A stretch of 47,725 bases of DNA from Folioceros fuciformis (Eukaryota), in contig JBNGIO010006247.1 in assembly GCA_049999805.1 (NCBI GenBank), forward strand, positions 1 to 47,725. The letters run 5' to 3'. Of the stretch, positions 24,323-37,944 are shown one piece after another (within the stretch, counting starts at the first letter, position 1; each line of letters opens with the position of its first letter). A model generated the notes under the pieces. It was not told the origin of the DNA. It made no database searches and saw only the letters and a program-made list of their open reading frames with translations. The position numbers were made by a program, and so were the translations under genes.

Positions 24323-25429
24323 TTAGCAGGTATGCAATTCTTCGTCCGTGAAGGAGCAAAATGAATTGCAAGATGTGTCAGAGCAATCGCCAGATAAGTG
24401 TTGCAGAGAGTTGGTGGGTGACCGGGTGCTGACGTGTCCAAAACTATCTTGGACCTCGAGCTTTGCCTCGTGAGTAAGCGACGGACCGTCCTCCACGGCC
24501 CTTGTGGAATGGGAAAGAGTGGATATCCTGAGAAAGTTGCCATTCTCTGATCGCTTCTCCATGAGCACCAGGCTGCACTCTAATTCGTCCATCAAATATC
24601 TTTTATGCCCTCCCAGTTGCCAGTCCAAGATAATCCAAGTGGCTTGAAGCAGCATAGCCTCCCGTACCACCACCTTCCTGAGCGGATGGCCAGCAGTGAT
24701 CCGGACATCTAGATTGAACTGCACAAAGCAAGCCACGCCTCAATCAAGGAGTTCTCAGGTGGTAGGTTCTTCCGACTTTGAGTACGCGTTCACAACACTG
24801 TAGCTGTAGACAGCAATTTCAACAAACGTGACATACTAGACATCCCCAGCAGCAGTGGTGAGGAAGAGAGACATTACCCCTTTCTTCTCGCAGTACAGCC
24901 GACGGGCCTGCATCCGCTTTTGATACTCATTCAAGCGGGAACTGATTTCGTTGTCAAGCACCACTTGATTCACTCCCCTAAATCCATGGACATCAGGTAA
25001 GATGTCCACACCGAGAGGGCTCTTGATTTTGGTGATTACGCCCAACATAACAAGCGTGTCCCCAGGCTGCAGAATCTGCAGGAGACCCCAGTCCACAGCC
25101 TCGAAGCTAAGCTTTTTGGTAGCGTCAACCACTGCAACAACAACCTGCGAGCCAGTACTGTAGGCAACTTCGCCAGAGCTCGACATGCTATGAGTGGACC
25201 TGGAATCCAACATGGAGGAGCGGCGACTTCGCATGCTGTCGGAGCCCTCCAATTTTTTCTTCCTCGGTCTCATTCCTATCAGCGAAGCCAAGGTGTGAAG
25301 ACTGCCGTGGCCAGCAGGCTCAACATTGGTAGGTGGAGGGAGGTGACCGCTCCGCTCCGGAAAAAACTTTCGCAAATCCTCCTCCTCCAAGCTTGGAAAA
25401 CTGGCCTCACAGGGCAAACCTTCCGCCAT
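24323..25429 (-). CDS. USP-like domain protein, copy 2; exons 25429-24878 and 24718-24323
   Basis: VVAVVDATKKLSFEAVDWGL..QPGDTLVMLGVITKIKSPLG and DVRITAGHPLRKVVVREA..QATWIILD..ELECSLVLM. The intron is at the same position (after KKG) as in copy 1. Confidence 0.78.
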
Positions 25430-26004
25430 GTCCCAACATGCAGTAGCTTAGAATTCTTCACACAGAACAAAATGCCCAGTCACGACCGCATCCTGATGCG
25501 CCCCGGAGATATTCACCTCTCCTTCCCGAAAGCGAGCGCAGGTCCTAAGATGACATCTGACAGCTTCCGAATTACGCTACGCTGCAGCACAGAATTCGTC
25601 CAAGCCTCTGGCGAGCGACCAAACCTTTGCCCCCACGAAAGGGAAGCCGCGTATAGGGCAGCAGGGCAACCATGCTGCCCGGCATCGCCAAGGAGCACAT
25701 GGCATATGCGATGCACAAGAGCCTATCCATTGTATAGACTTAGAAAACGGATACTTTTACAAAACCTAAAACAACGGCCAGATCAAACTCGATATCCAGC
25801 AGACACTGGAGCAATCTCCCTGCATGCAACTCCAGGGGGTGGGACCCTGCCTACAGGTGTGCTGCTCTGGAGTCCGGCTCTCTTATCATACAATTTGTGA
25901 TCCGAATTCCGCGGGCCGTGAATATCTGCTTGGAGATTTCTGGAGCGCACTTCCGCGTCGCAAGACTCTCGAAGACCGGAGACCCTTCTTTCCACCGACA
26001 AGGC

Positions 26005-27360
<1,356 letters not shown>

Positions 27361-29041
27361 GTTTGAAGTGATTGAAGCACTATCACTGCCGTCCTCTGAC
27401 TTCTCCAAGCAAGTAGAGATTGATGTGAATACTTAGAATGAGTAACAGATATGAGGATGCCGTGTAGAGACCTTGAAGCAAGATGACACTGGAAACGTCC
27501 AGCAAGAAGAGCCAGTTTTGGATGGGACAGGGACGTCAAGTCAAGATGCGGTAGTTTCGGCGTTCCATCAAGTTCATAGCGGTTAGAGGGCAATTTTCAC
27601 TTATAGAGGAAAACATATTAATTTAATCGTCCATCTTGGAGGGAATTGAAGACTTTATAGAAAAAAATGTAAATCAGTTCATCCACGCGTAACCCATGGT
27701 GCCCGATAGACTAATCCAACCTGTAAATGCATGTACCCTTTGCTTACTCACAGCCCACTCCGGAAAAGGGCATGGCGATCTCCTAATTAGGATTCCAATT
27801 GGGATTCCACGTTTGCCTTCTTCCATGGTACACACTCGCATCCGCCAATGGCTGAAGGACCATTTCTACTTAACATCTTACCATTTGCAAAATGATAAGC
27901 TTTAGCTGACCTTCTTGACACTTAAAGCAATATCTAACATTTTAAATTGACTCCTTAATTAACACAACCCTACTTATATGTTTGGGTAGTGTTTTTGTTT
28001 CCTAGTAATCATTTCTTCATAAGATTACAAGCATCCTTGTTAAAATACCCTCTAAGCCTAAAAGGAAGCCTCCTATGTGTTATCCATTACTTCTAGTTTT
28101 CTAGGGTACAAGTGTTGTGTTGTGCAACCTAGATCTCATACCCATAACAAATCATGTAGCCTCTATCTTTGCAAGCAATACTAGGAGAATGCAACGCTCT
28201 CCTCCAATTGTCCGTAAACGAAATCATGACCTTGTCCGTAAATGAAATCATGACCTTGGTATGCAACGACTGCCTAACACAACAGCCACAAGTGTGAATA
28301 CTCAGCAAAATGTCCTTCCCACTCATTTTTAATGGCCAAATGCACAACCTACATGGCAAGTGGGTTCCCCTTGGCCATTATCTCAAGTTCCTTGCAATAT
28401 CACTACTGCAAACGAGTCTGTGCACGTAGAAGAAAATAGTGGCAAAAAAAAGAAAGGAGCAAGAAAGTTGGATGAGGCCACTAGCCCTACTAAGGAGCCA
28501 GTGGCAAACAAGAGATGGGAGGAAGCTAACCTCCTTATGTTGATTGCAGCAAGAAAAGAAGACATGGTCAAACATAGAGAAGGAGGTACCAAGGAGCGAA
28601 TGATGACAGGTGAAGCTTGTTGGGCTGCAATATTAGTTGCATGTGCAGCTTTAAGGATCTTCAAGACTAACAAAGAGTGTAAGTGCCACTAGGAAGCTTT
28701 GATGACAGACTTCAACAAGGTGCAAGACTAGGAGAGGCCTGGCAATCATTCGAGAAGGTCAAGCTACTGGGCTATGGAGAACGGCGGGCAAGAGGCACAA
28801 AAACTCCTCAAAGCTATGAGTAGAACACTATGATGCAATGTGCAACTTCTACTGCAACAAAGCAATGAATAGCCACGGAACTGTGGATAGCAAAGCAAAA
28901 CAAGGCAAGCAGATGCTAACTACTGTACCATTGGCATGGAAACTGACGTAGAGGAAGGCACCCCCATGTGAGCAAAAAGTGAATCTGCGAGTGGCAAACA
29001 GATGAACTAAAAGCACAGAATGGAGGAAGCGGCTTTGAACC

Positions 29042-32000
29042 TGTAGGGTTATTAAAGCCCAATGTGCTTAGACTAATGTGATTAATCTAAGATTAGTGTC
29101 TAATTAAGTATCCTTAGTTTAGATTAGCTTAAGCTAATCTTTAGGAAGCTTCCTACATAGCTTCCTGTGAGCTTTTGTGAAGCTTCCTTAGGAGCTTTTC
29201 TAGAGGGTATGAGACCTCTCTTTCTCCTCTTCTCCTCTCTTCTTCTCTCCTCTCCTTCACCATGCTCCTCTATCGACCCTTTCAAGTGGTATCAGAGCCC
29301 GATTGTGGAGCAAGATGGTTGTGCCTATTGTAGGTACTATGAGCGGAGGTACAAGGCAAGAAGAAGGAGAAGCTAGGGCGCCGCTGCAGCCGGCAGCTAG
29401 GGTGCAGCCATCGGGCTAGGGCGTAGCCGCCGATTAGGGCGCCGCCGCCGGCTAGGGCTCCGACTAGGGTGCCACCGCCGGCTAGGGCTCCGGTTAGGGT
29501 GCCGCCGCTGGCTGGGGTGCCGGTTAGGGCACCGCCGCCGGCTAGGGTGCTGGTTAGGACGAAGCCGCCAGCTAGGGCGCCGGTTAGGGCGCAACCGCCG
29601 GCTAGGGTTAGGGTGCCAGCAGGGCGCCACCCGGGCGCCAACGAGGCGCCACTTGGCCACCAGCGGGGAGCCACCCGGGCGCTAACGAGGCGCCACTTGG
29701 CTGCCAGTAAGGCACCAAAGAGGCGCCAGCAGGGCACCACCCGGGCGCCAACGAGGCGCCACTTGGCCACCAGCGGGAAGCCACCCAGGCGCTAACGAGG
29801 CGCCACTTGGCTGCCAGTAAGGCACCAAAGAGGCGCCAGCAGGGCGCCACCCGAGTGCCGGCGAGGCACCAACAAGGCGGCAGCGAGGCGCCACTTGGGC
29901 ACCAGCGGAAGTGACACCTGGACGGCAGCGAGGCGCCAGCCGGCGATACCTGAACGGCAGTCGTTCGCCAGCGGGGCGCTAGCGAGGCAAGGATCTAGAT
30001 GAGCTTGCTCGGTCTACCATCATGCTAACATTGTCGAAGTCGGTCTACTTCAACGTGAAAGACAAGACCACAAGCTACGAGCTATGGCAGAAGTTGTGTG
30101 ACCTGTATGATGAAGATGAAGGAAGGGACGAGGATGTCCGATCATCTAAACGAGTTCAATACCATTTTCAGCCAGCTCTCATCTGAAGGTATCTCGTTTC
30201 CAGATTCCGTGAGAGCTATGTTTCTGTTGGTCACATTACCAGAGAGCTGGGACACCTTTCGTACAGCTCTGAGTAATTCGGCTCTTGCCAGTGGTCTTAC
30301 CGTTGTAAATGTAGAATGTAGCCTGTTAACAGAGGAGGTGAACAGGAAGAATATGGAACGTTCGAAAGGTTCCAATGCCCTCATGGTGAGAGGAAGGTCC
30401 ACTTCAAAGGGGAAGTACAAGGAGCGAAGTTCTTCCCATAGTAAATCTCGTAGTCGTAACAATGTTGAGTGTTACCATTGTCACAAGAAGGGTCACATCA
30501 GGAAGGACTGCGAGAAGTTCAAGAAGGACAAAGGAAAGGAGAAGAAACAAAGCGACACCAAGGCAAGTCCGAGTACCAAGCCTAACGAAGTGAATTTTAT
30601 TGACGATAGAGATGTTCTTATCTCTTCTTCCTTCGATTCTGCACAACTGACAACCGTGGAGAGTCACTTATTCGCTAATTGGATAATTGACTTTGGAGCA
30701 TCTTTCCATGTTACTCCGCATAGGGAGTGGTTTAGCACTTATGATGCTACTAGGAAAGTATGTGTTCGGCTTGGAAATAACTACGCGTGCAAGATTGCAG
30801 GCGTTGGTGATGTGCAACTGAAGTTCCTCAACGGATCTTCATTCACATTGAAGGATGTTAGGCATGTTCCAAAGTTGACAAAAAGCATGATTAGCGCAGG
30901 GCAGTTGGATGCCGCTGGCTATCACTGTTGGTTTGGAGATAATTCTTGGAAGGTCTCCAAAGGTTCTCTTGTGTTAGCTCGTGGATCGAAGTGTGGCACT
31001 TTGTACTCACTTCAGCTAACAACTGTCAAGGATCATGTGATTTGCGTAACGGAATAGCCAAGTGTTTCCTTATGGCATAGTTGGTTAGGACATATGTCTC
31101 AAAAAGGAATAAAGATCTTATCTCGTTTTGGTTACGTCCCTGCTTTTGACTTCTCCGATTTCTCCGTGTGTGAACACTGTTTGTATGGGAAACAGACGAA
31201 GTCACCACATGGAGCAAGAGGTAAACACAAAAGTAAACCTCTTGAATTGGTTCACAGTGACGTTTGTGGACCTATGCCCACTGTATCTTTAGGAGGTGCA
31301 TCTTACTTTGTCACTTTCATTGATGACTTCTCACGCAAGGTGTGGGTTTAGCCTTTGAGGAAAAAGGATGATGTTCTGACAGTGTTTCAGAAATTCGTCA
31401 CCCTTGTGGAGAATCAGTTTGGCCTCCGACTGAAGTGTCTAAGGAAAGACAATGGGGGAGAGTATGTCTCGAAGGCTTTCTAGTCATTCTGTGATTCCAA
31501 GGGAATCAAGAGAGAATTGACTGCACCGTATACTCCTCCCTAGAATGGTGTGGCTGAACGGATAAACAGGACCATCCAGGAGAGGATGCGTAGTTTATTG
31601 TCAAACTCTGGATTGCCGAATGGATTTTGGGCAGAAGCAGTGGTTACTACGGTGCATCTTATTAACAGATCTCCTAATAGGGCTGTGGATGAACAGGTTC
31701 CAGAGAAGATGTGGTCTAGAAAGAAGCCGTCATACAAGCATCTATGAGTGTTTGGCTGCGAGGCATACTACCATGTTCCTAAGGAGTTTCGAGACAAGTT
31801 GGCACTCAAGTCTAAGAAATGTATTTTTCTTGGCTATGGTGAATTTGGTGAGATGGGATACCGTCTGTGGGATCCAGAGGCCAAGAGGATGGTTCGCAGC
31901 AATGACGTGTTCTTCAATGAGACCAAGATGCACAAGAAGCCTACTCCAACTGTGGAGGTGCGACGGGTGGTCTTCCAAGAAAATGGACTTGACCATCCTG

Positions 32001-34152
32001 CGCAGGTTGAACGTCGTGATGTGCAGGAACAAGTTCCTCCACTTGTACAAGAGGAGAGAGTGCAACCAGCTCCGGTCGAGGAGCCATTGCTTCGTAGGTC
32101 AGGAAGGATCTCACGTCCTCCTGACAGGTATGTTGCATCTCTTGATTATGTCATGCAGACGGATTGTGGGGAGCCCTCTTGTTACCAAGAGGCCATGTCA
32201 GTGACTGATAAGGACAAGTGGCAGAAGGCGATGCAGTCGTAGATGGATTCGCTCCACAAGAACCAAACTTGGGAGTTGGTTTGGTTGCCTAAGGGCAAGA
32301 AGGCGTTGCCATGCAAATGGGTGTATAAGATGAAGGACATACCCCATTATGGCAAACCTAAGTACAAGGCACGATTGGTTGCGAAGGGTTTTAAGCAACA
32401 GCAAGGTATTGACTTTGATGAGATTTTCCCACCGGTTGTCAAAATGACCACCTTGCGATGTGTTCTTGGTCTGGTTGCGAGGCTCGACATGGAACTTGTC
32501 CAGATGGATGTGAAGTCGGCATTTTTGCATGGTGATCTCCAGGAAGAGGTATTCATGCATCAACCAGAGGGTTTCATTGAGAAGGGCAAAGAGAATCTGG
32601 TGTGCAAGTTAAAGAAGAGCCTTTATGGTTTGAAGCAGGCACTCAGGGAGTGGTATTTCAAGTTCCACTCATTCATGCTTTCTCAAGGCTACAAGCGTAG
32701 CGATGAGGATCATTGCCTCTATATGAAGCAAGCTAAGGATGGAAGCTTGCTCATTCTGGTCCTCTATGTGGATGATATGCTAATTGCTAGGACTAATAGT
32801 GATGAGATTTCAGCGTTGAAGTCAAAGTTAAATGGTCACTTTGACATGAAAGACTTAGGAGAGGCAAGCCATATTCTTGGCATGCATATTCGTCGAGACA
32901 GACAAAAGCATTTGCTGTACTTGTCTCAGACTGAATACATTAACAAGGTGCTTCAACGTTTCAATATGGAGAAGGGGAAGGTATTAAGTACTCCGTTGCC
33001 TCCATATGTGAAACTGTCGAGCAAGGATTGTCGAGCAAGCTCTGCGGAGGACAAAGTTGAAATGGAGAACGTTCCATACTCATCAGCTGTAGGGAGTTTG
33101 ATGTATGCAATGATTACTACACGTCCTGACATTGCCTTTGCAGTGGGAGTGGTTAGCAGGTTTATGTCAAACCCTGGCAGGAAGCATTGGGAGGCAGTGA
33201 AAGGAGTTATGAGGTACTTGAATGGTACGAAAGCTTTGTGCTTATGTTTTGGTAGTGAAGATGCATATGTCGTGGGATATACGGATGCTAATTATGCAGG
33301 GGATATGGACAAAAGGAGGTCCACATCAGGTTATGTCTTCATGTGCACAGAGAGGGGCAGTCTCATGGCGATCTCGTTTGCAATCGTGCATAACGCTATC
33401 TACCACAGAGGCCGAGTATGTTGTAGTGACTGAGGCGTGCAAGGAAGCCATGTGGCTTACTCGTTTAGCGGGAGATTTGGGGATCAAGGTTGAGCTGCCA
33501 GCGTTACATTGTGATAGCCAGACTGCTATCCAATTGGCGAAGAATCCAGTGTTTCATGCGAAGACCAAACATGTGGAAGTGAAGTACCACTTCATTCGAG
33601 AGGTGTTGGAAGACAAGAGGGTACAACTTGTCAAAGTTCACACCAGTCAGAACCCTGCAGATGTTCTTACCAAGGGGCTCTCTTCGGAGCAATTCGCACA
33701 AGCTCGGACACTCATGGGCATGAGGTAGACCACTCCCCTATGAAGGTAAATTGGCCTTTAAGGGGGCAGTTGTAGGGTTATTAAAGCCTAATGTGCTTAG
33801 ACTAATGTGATTAGTCTAGTTAGACTAATGTGATTAGTCTAGTNNNNNNNNNNAGTTAGACTAATGTGATTAGTCTAGTTAGACTAATGTGATTAGTCTA
33901 AGATTAGTGTCTAATTAAGTATCATTAGTTTAGATTAGCTTAAGCTAATCTTTAGGAAGCTTCCTGCATAGCTTCCTGTGAGCTTCTTGTGAAGCTTCCT
34001 TGGGAGCTTTTCTAGAGGGTATAAATACCCTCTTGAGCTCCCTTTGCAATAGAGCTGTGAGAGACACTATGAGACCTCTCTTTCTCCTCTCCTCCTCTCC
34101 TCCTCTCTTCTTCTCTCCTCTCCTTCACCATGCTCCTCTATCGACCCTTTCA
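29042..34152 (+). mobile_element. Ty1/copia LTR retrotransposon (copia-1), both LTRs present, defective
   Basis: 5' LTR 29042-29284 and 3' LTR 33771-34152 (TG...CA); PBS tggtatcagagcc (tRNA-iMet) at 29287; PPT agggggcagt before 33771; TSD gaacc/gtacc with one mismatch. Domains: gag CCHC (CYHCHKKGHIRKDC), protease WIIDFGASFH, integrase LELVHSDVCGP, RT LYVDDML and RNase H ADVLTK. Confidence 0.97.
29376..29990. repeat. GC-rich composite tandem array inside copia-1 gag
   Basis: 29376-29612 has alternating 18- and 12-bp TAGGG-initiated units. 29613-29990 has repeated gccacccgggcgc.aacgaggcgccacttgg blocks. Confidence 0.9.
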
Positions 34153-34699
34153 GTACCTTTATTTGAGAAGAACCATGCAAAACAGATGGATCTACTAAGA
34201 GCTAATGAGAAGCCCAAACAGGCTAGGCATCAACAAGTCTTAGAACTAGGGCGAGAGAAGATAGCAACACATGTTGCTACATAACAAAAAAAGATAGACT
34301 GCAATTTTGAGATTGGTAGGGGCATGTTGTTAGCAATGACTGAGCTTTCATGTAGTATTCGGAATTTAGGAGCTTCTTTAATAGAAGCTGCCCAAATTAA
34401 AAATGGAAATAGAAAATAAGTGAATATCTAGCTTCGCCCTTCTTCCTTCATGATTTGGGAACTTTATTAAGTGCTCTTGTCCATACACATTCTAGCTATA
34501 GTCTTCTTATATGTTTGTAATGCAGTCTTGTTCTTTTTGCGTAATACATGCATTAAAGCAGCTCGTAATCTATGTCCTTCTGGGTTGCCTAGGTTTATTG
34601 GATTATGTACCATTTTTGGTACTTCATTAAAGCAGCTCGTAATCTATGTCCTTTTGGGTTGCCTAGGTCTATTGGATTACGTATCGTTTTTCATACTTC

Positions 34700-35990
34700 A
34701 TTCTCAATGTCCTATGTAGGTAATAGACTTGGGAGCAATTCATCTCCTCCATCAATTCTAATATTGTGCAATATTGCACATGCATAAGAAACCCCGATGA
34801 AGTAGTTGATATTCCCCTGCCAAATTTTTCTTTCTAATATTTACCATACTTTTTTCAATGCTCCAAAAGTAGCTTCAACAACCATTATTGTGGACAAATG
34901 CTTGTAATTAAAGGACTCCATATTACGCAATAGAACTCTTTCTAAGAAAAGAATAACAAGCCAAGGTAATAAAGGATAACCTGTACCACCTATTATGTAT
35001 TTTCTTACGGCTTATTCTTGTGGCGTTTATGGTGGGTTTCCTCAACTAAGGCTTTTGCGCTTAAGAGGGTGGTGCTTGGTGGCCCTTCGGCCTCGGTGCT
35101 ACAACGCCTTGGTCTCCATGACCGTAAGCTCTCATCATTTCTCACGTAGCTTCGGACTGGGCATATGGCTAGTGGGGCTTACTTTAGGAGATTCAACATT
35201 GCAGAGGATCCTTTTTGTCAGAAATGCAGGTCTTCAGAAGAAACTCGTCACCACATCCTTGGCCACTCGCAACACTTGGATCCAGATGTTTCAAGGCTCT
35301 TACTACGATATCCGCCAACTTCTTAGTGTTCCCAAACTCAGGGAAAACCTTCTCTCTTACTTCAAGGCGATTGACGATTACTTAACTTAGGCTTATTGAC
35401 ATAGCTATCTAGATTTGCTATTTTTTTTTGCTCTAATCCTCTTTCTTTTGCGCCACCCGGTCACAATGTCCAAGAATTTCTTGTCAAGCCCTACAATTGC
35501 TTGCATTGCCATAGTATAGTCCTTGTACCATCCACAATATTCACACAAGTTTCCGCGCACGACAAGCTTCATCTGGAAGTGAGTTGCATCTATGGCCCCA
35601 CAACAATTGATAAAACCTTGTTTCTCCTTAAACCCATCCTTCACCACTCTTAGTTCTTCTCCTTTTGGTCACTGTAGATGATGTGTAGCTTGTCGAATGA
35701 AGGCCACAATAAACCTACATGTCACTTCACATGCGGTGCTTCGACCAATACCAAACGTTTCACTAATTGACAAAAAGAGTCACCTATTGCCTTCTCAAAG
35801 CAATAACCACTGGTTTATGAACTGGGATAAACACGACAAAGCTGTAAAGGGCTGAATGAAGCCCAAGAGGGTGAATGCCTCTAGAAACTCAGATTGGTCT
35901 TGGACATGCGTTGCAATCCCCGCTTTTAGGCCCATACGCTGTAAAATTGTTGTTCAACCATGGACATTCGGCCATATGCAAGTGCTATAA
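34700..35990 (-). mobile_element. PIF/Harbinger transposase pseudogene
   Basis: RMSKT, IPVHKPVVIALRR, GDSFLSISETFGIGRSTAC, GFINCCGAIDATH, MQAIVGLDKKFLDIVTGW, YIIGGTGYPLLPWL, FNYKHLSTIMVVEATFGALK and ACAILHN. It lies tail-to-tail with the Myb-like ORF. Confidence 0.88.
35017..35389 (+). mobile_element. 5'-truncated LINE 3' end (Tad1/I-like ORF2 C-terminus) with an 8-bp TSD
   Basis: Flanked by ggcttatt at 35009-35016 and 35390-35397. The frame from 35018 reads LWRLWWVSSTK...RKLSSFLT*LRTGHMASGAYFRRFNIAEDPFCQKCRSSEETRHHIL. Confidence 0.8.
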
Positions 35991-36715
35991 TAGGGGACTC
36001 TCTATCTCAGGAATGGTGTGACACTCGGGTAACACGCCCACAATGTGCAGTTCTGTACCCATGGAATACACCATCCGTGCCAGTGTCTTCTTTGTTGTTT
36101 TACAATATTGGGCGAATCCATGTTGGAGAACCAAAGTCTGGGTCTGATAGTGAGGAGACATGCTCCCTGTTCACATCCGCCATCCCACTTTTGTATGGAC
36201 CCATGATCTCCCCACCTTTGAATATGGAAACCCGTCTTCAACATGGAAGCTGTGAGTCGGAAGACCTCGGCCGGCCGGCACTTTCTACCGCCCCACTTGC
36301 ATAATGAAGGCAGGTCTACATATTCGGATGTGGACAGTGCGAGGATCATGTGCTACAACCCATTGCTACCGAAACTCATTACACAACTGTACATAATTCA
36401 GACAAAATTATGTCATAGTAGCACTAACGACATTACAAATGGTAATGGATCATGTTCATTGTTTCAGTGCACTCCTAACATTGTGACTATCTACCGTCAT
36501 CTATCTTATCCATGCTAATGGGTTTAGTCGATTACAACCCTCGCCCACTAACGGAAGGCAATGCCAGCTTCTCACTATCAAGGACACTCGATGTCCCAAG
36601 GTCAAGGTGTGTGCCAATGGTTCATCCCAAAATGGCATGCCACCCCGTTGCACCCGCGGCCGCTTCTTGGTAACCTACATACAGGCACGCAGAGGCCTTT
36701 GCCGACAAGCATCTA

Positions 36716-37585
36716 CTATGACTCATCATCACTGATTGTCGTCTGCAAGTTACTTGGGGGTTCTATCATCCCACACAACTCATGGAGTTTGTCTCGAATC
36801 CCCCTTTTATCAGTAGCATAAAGATGCTTTCTTGTTGTGAGGTTGAAATCGTAAAAGAGGATAATAGTCTCATCCATAAACATTTCTTGAACATTTTTGG
36901 GGTACTTGGCCTTCTGCCCTTGTTGTCTTGCCCTATCGCCATTATGCGTTCTATTGCTTCTCACAATGAATTTTTCTACATACTTCCCTTCATATGCATC
37001 TGTATGTTTAGTTTAGTACCAATGGACGAGCAAGCTTGGCCTAGCAACTTCCACTTGCACTTCCTCCACTTTTCCTATTCAGAAAGGCTGGTTGTGTGTA
37101 TCTGTGCAACATGGTGTAGCGATGAACATTCCCTCCCGTATTTCAGACACATCACCGTTCACGCAGCCCATCTGTTGTTGCTGTTGTATGGGCCGCCGGT
37201 AGTTGCCTATATACATGTACCTCCGTGGGAGTTCCTTCAACACTACCTCTTCAAGATATGTTTCATCAAGCACTTACAATGGTTCAATAGTCTCCTCAGT
37301 TGCATCCCTCAAAAACCATTTCCACGGAACTTATAGAGAGCTTTATTTTGTTCTCTACCATGACTGCTACTGCATGTTGGTTTCCCCAAAACTCATCATA
37401 CCACAGCCTGTCTTGCATAGAGATGTATGTAGGCAACTCGGCAAGGCCCTCCTTCAAGTGGGTAACCTTGGTTACCGGTTGCATATTAGTATCACTTCCT
37501 TTCTTGCCCCTTGTTTAAAGAGAGAGGAGTGGTGCAAAAGAGACAGTGGCCATGAGGACAAATTTCAAAAACTCCAGGCCTCCTT
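36716..37585 (-). pseudogene. C-terminal fragment of a probable DNA-transposon-derived protein, truncated by copia-2
   Basis: The in-frame read EIREGMFIA...QPF*IGKVEEV...LLVHWY*...IILFYDFNLTTRKHL...DDES* has sparse stops. The superfamily was not determined. Confidence 0.45.
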
Positions 37586-37944
37586 TGATACTAAACCTTC
37601 TAACATAGAACACAAGAGAATGTTGTATATCAAAAGTAAAAATGTTCAATAAACAATAGTCTTATATAGTCTTAAGTAAACCCTAGGTTAAACTAACTAG
37701 CCTAACTTGTGAGGTTAACTAACCAAGAGTTAACTAACTAGGGGTTAACTAAACCCTAGCATCCCCTCTTAACCGAACAAGTTAAAGACAGGAGAAGTTA
37801 TTGAGCACACACGCGGAGGCTGTGTTCGACGCTTGAGCTTCTCAGGCATGGCATGAGGAGACTGTGAAGCATGGGGATATCTATCCCCCTTGCGCTGGTC
37901 ACTCTGAGCATCATAGGTGTTATTGGAGTTGCGTTGTTGCTACC

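Larger units (their letters stand above)
28360..34420 (+). pseudogene. Harbinger-type Myb/trihelix DNA-binding ORF remnant, split by the copia insertion (pieces ~28360-29041 and 34153-34420)
   Basis: KRWEEANLLMLIAARKE...WAAI...KTNKECKCH*EALMTDFNKVQD*ER...SYWAME follows the GT/trihelix-like pattern. A helical coding-like segment continues after the 3' LTR. Confidence 0.65.

Noticed and set aside
29282-29894. ORFs 29282..29770, 29469..29795 and others as real proteins
   Set aside because: They are open only because the GC-rich repeat array lacks stop codons.
33790-33901. Expansion of a 23-bp hairpin unit in the copia-1 3' LTR
   Set aside because: It spans an N gap (33844-33853), so the copy number may be an assembly artefact.
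36000-36350. SET-domain-like hint (IFKGGEIMGPY) on the minus strand
   Set aside because: A single short motif with no NHS or ELxxDY signature.
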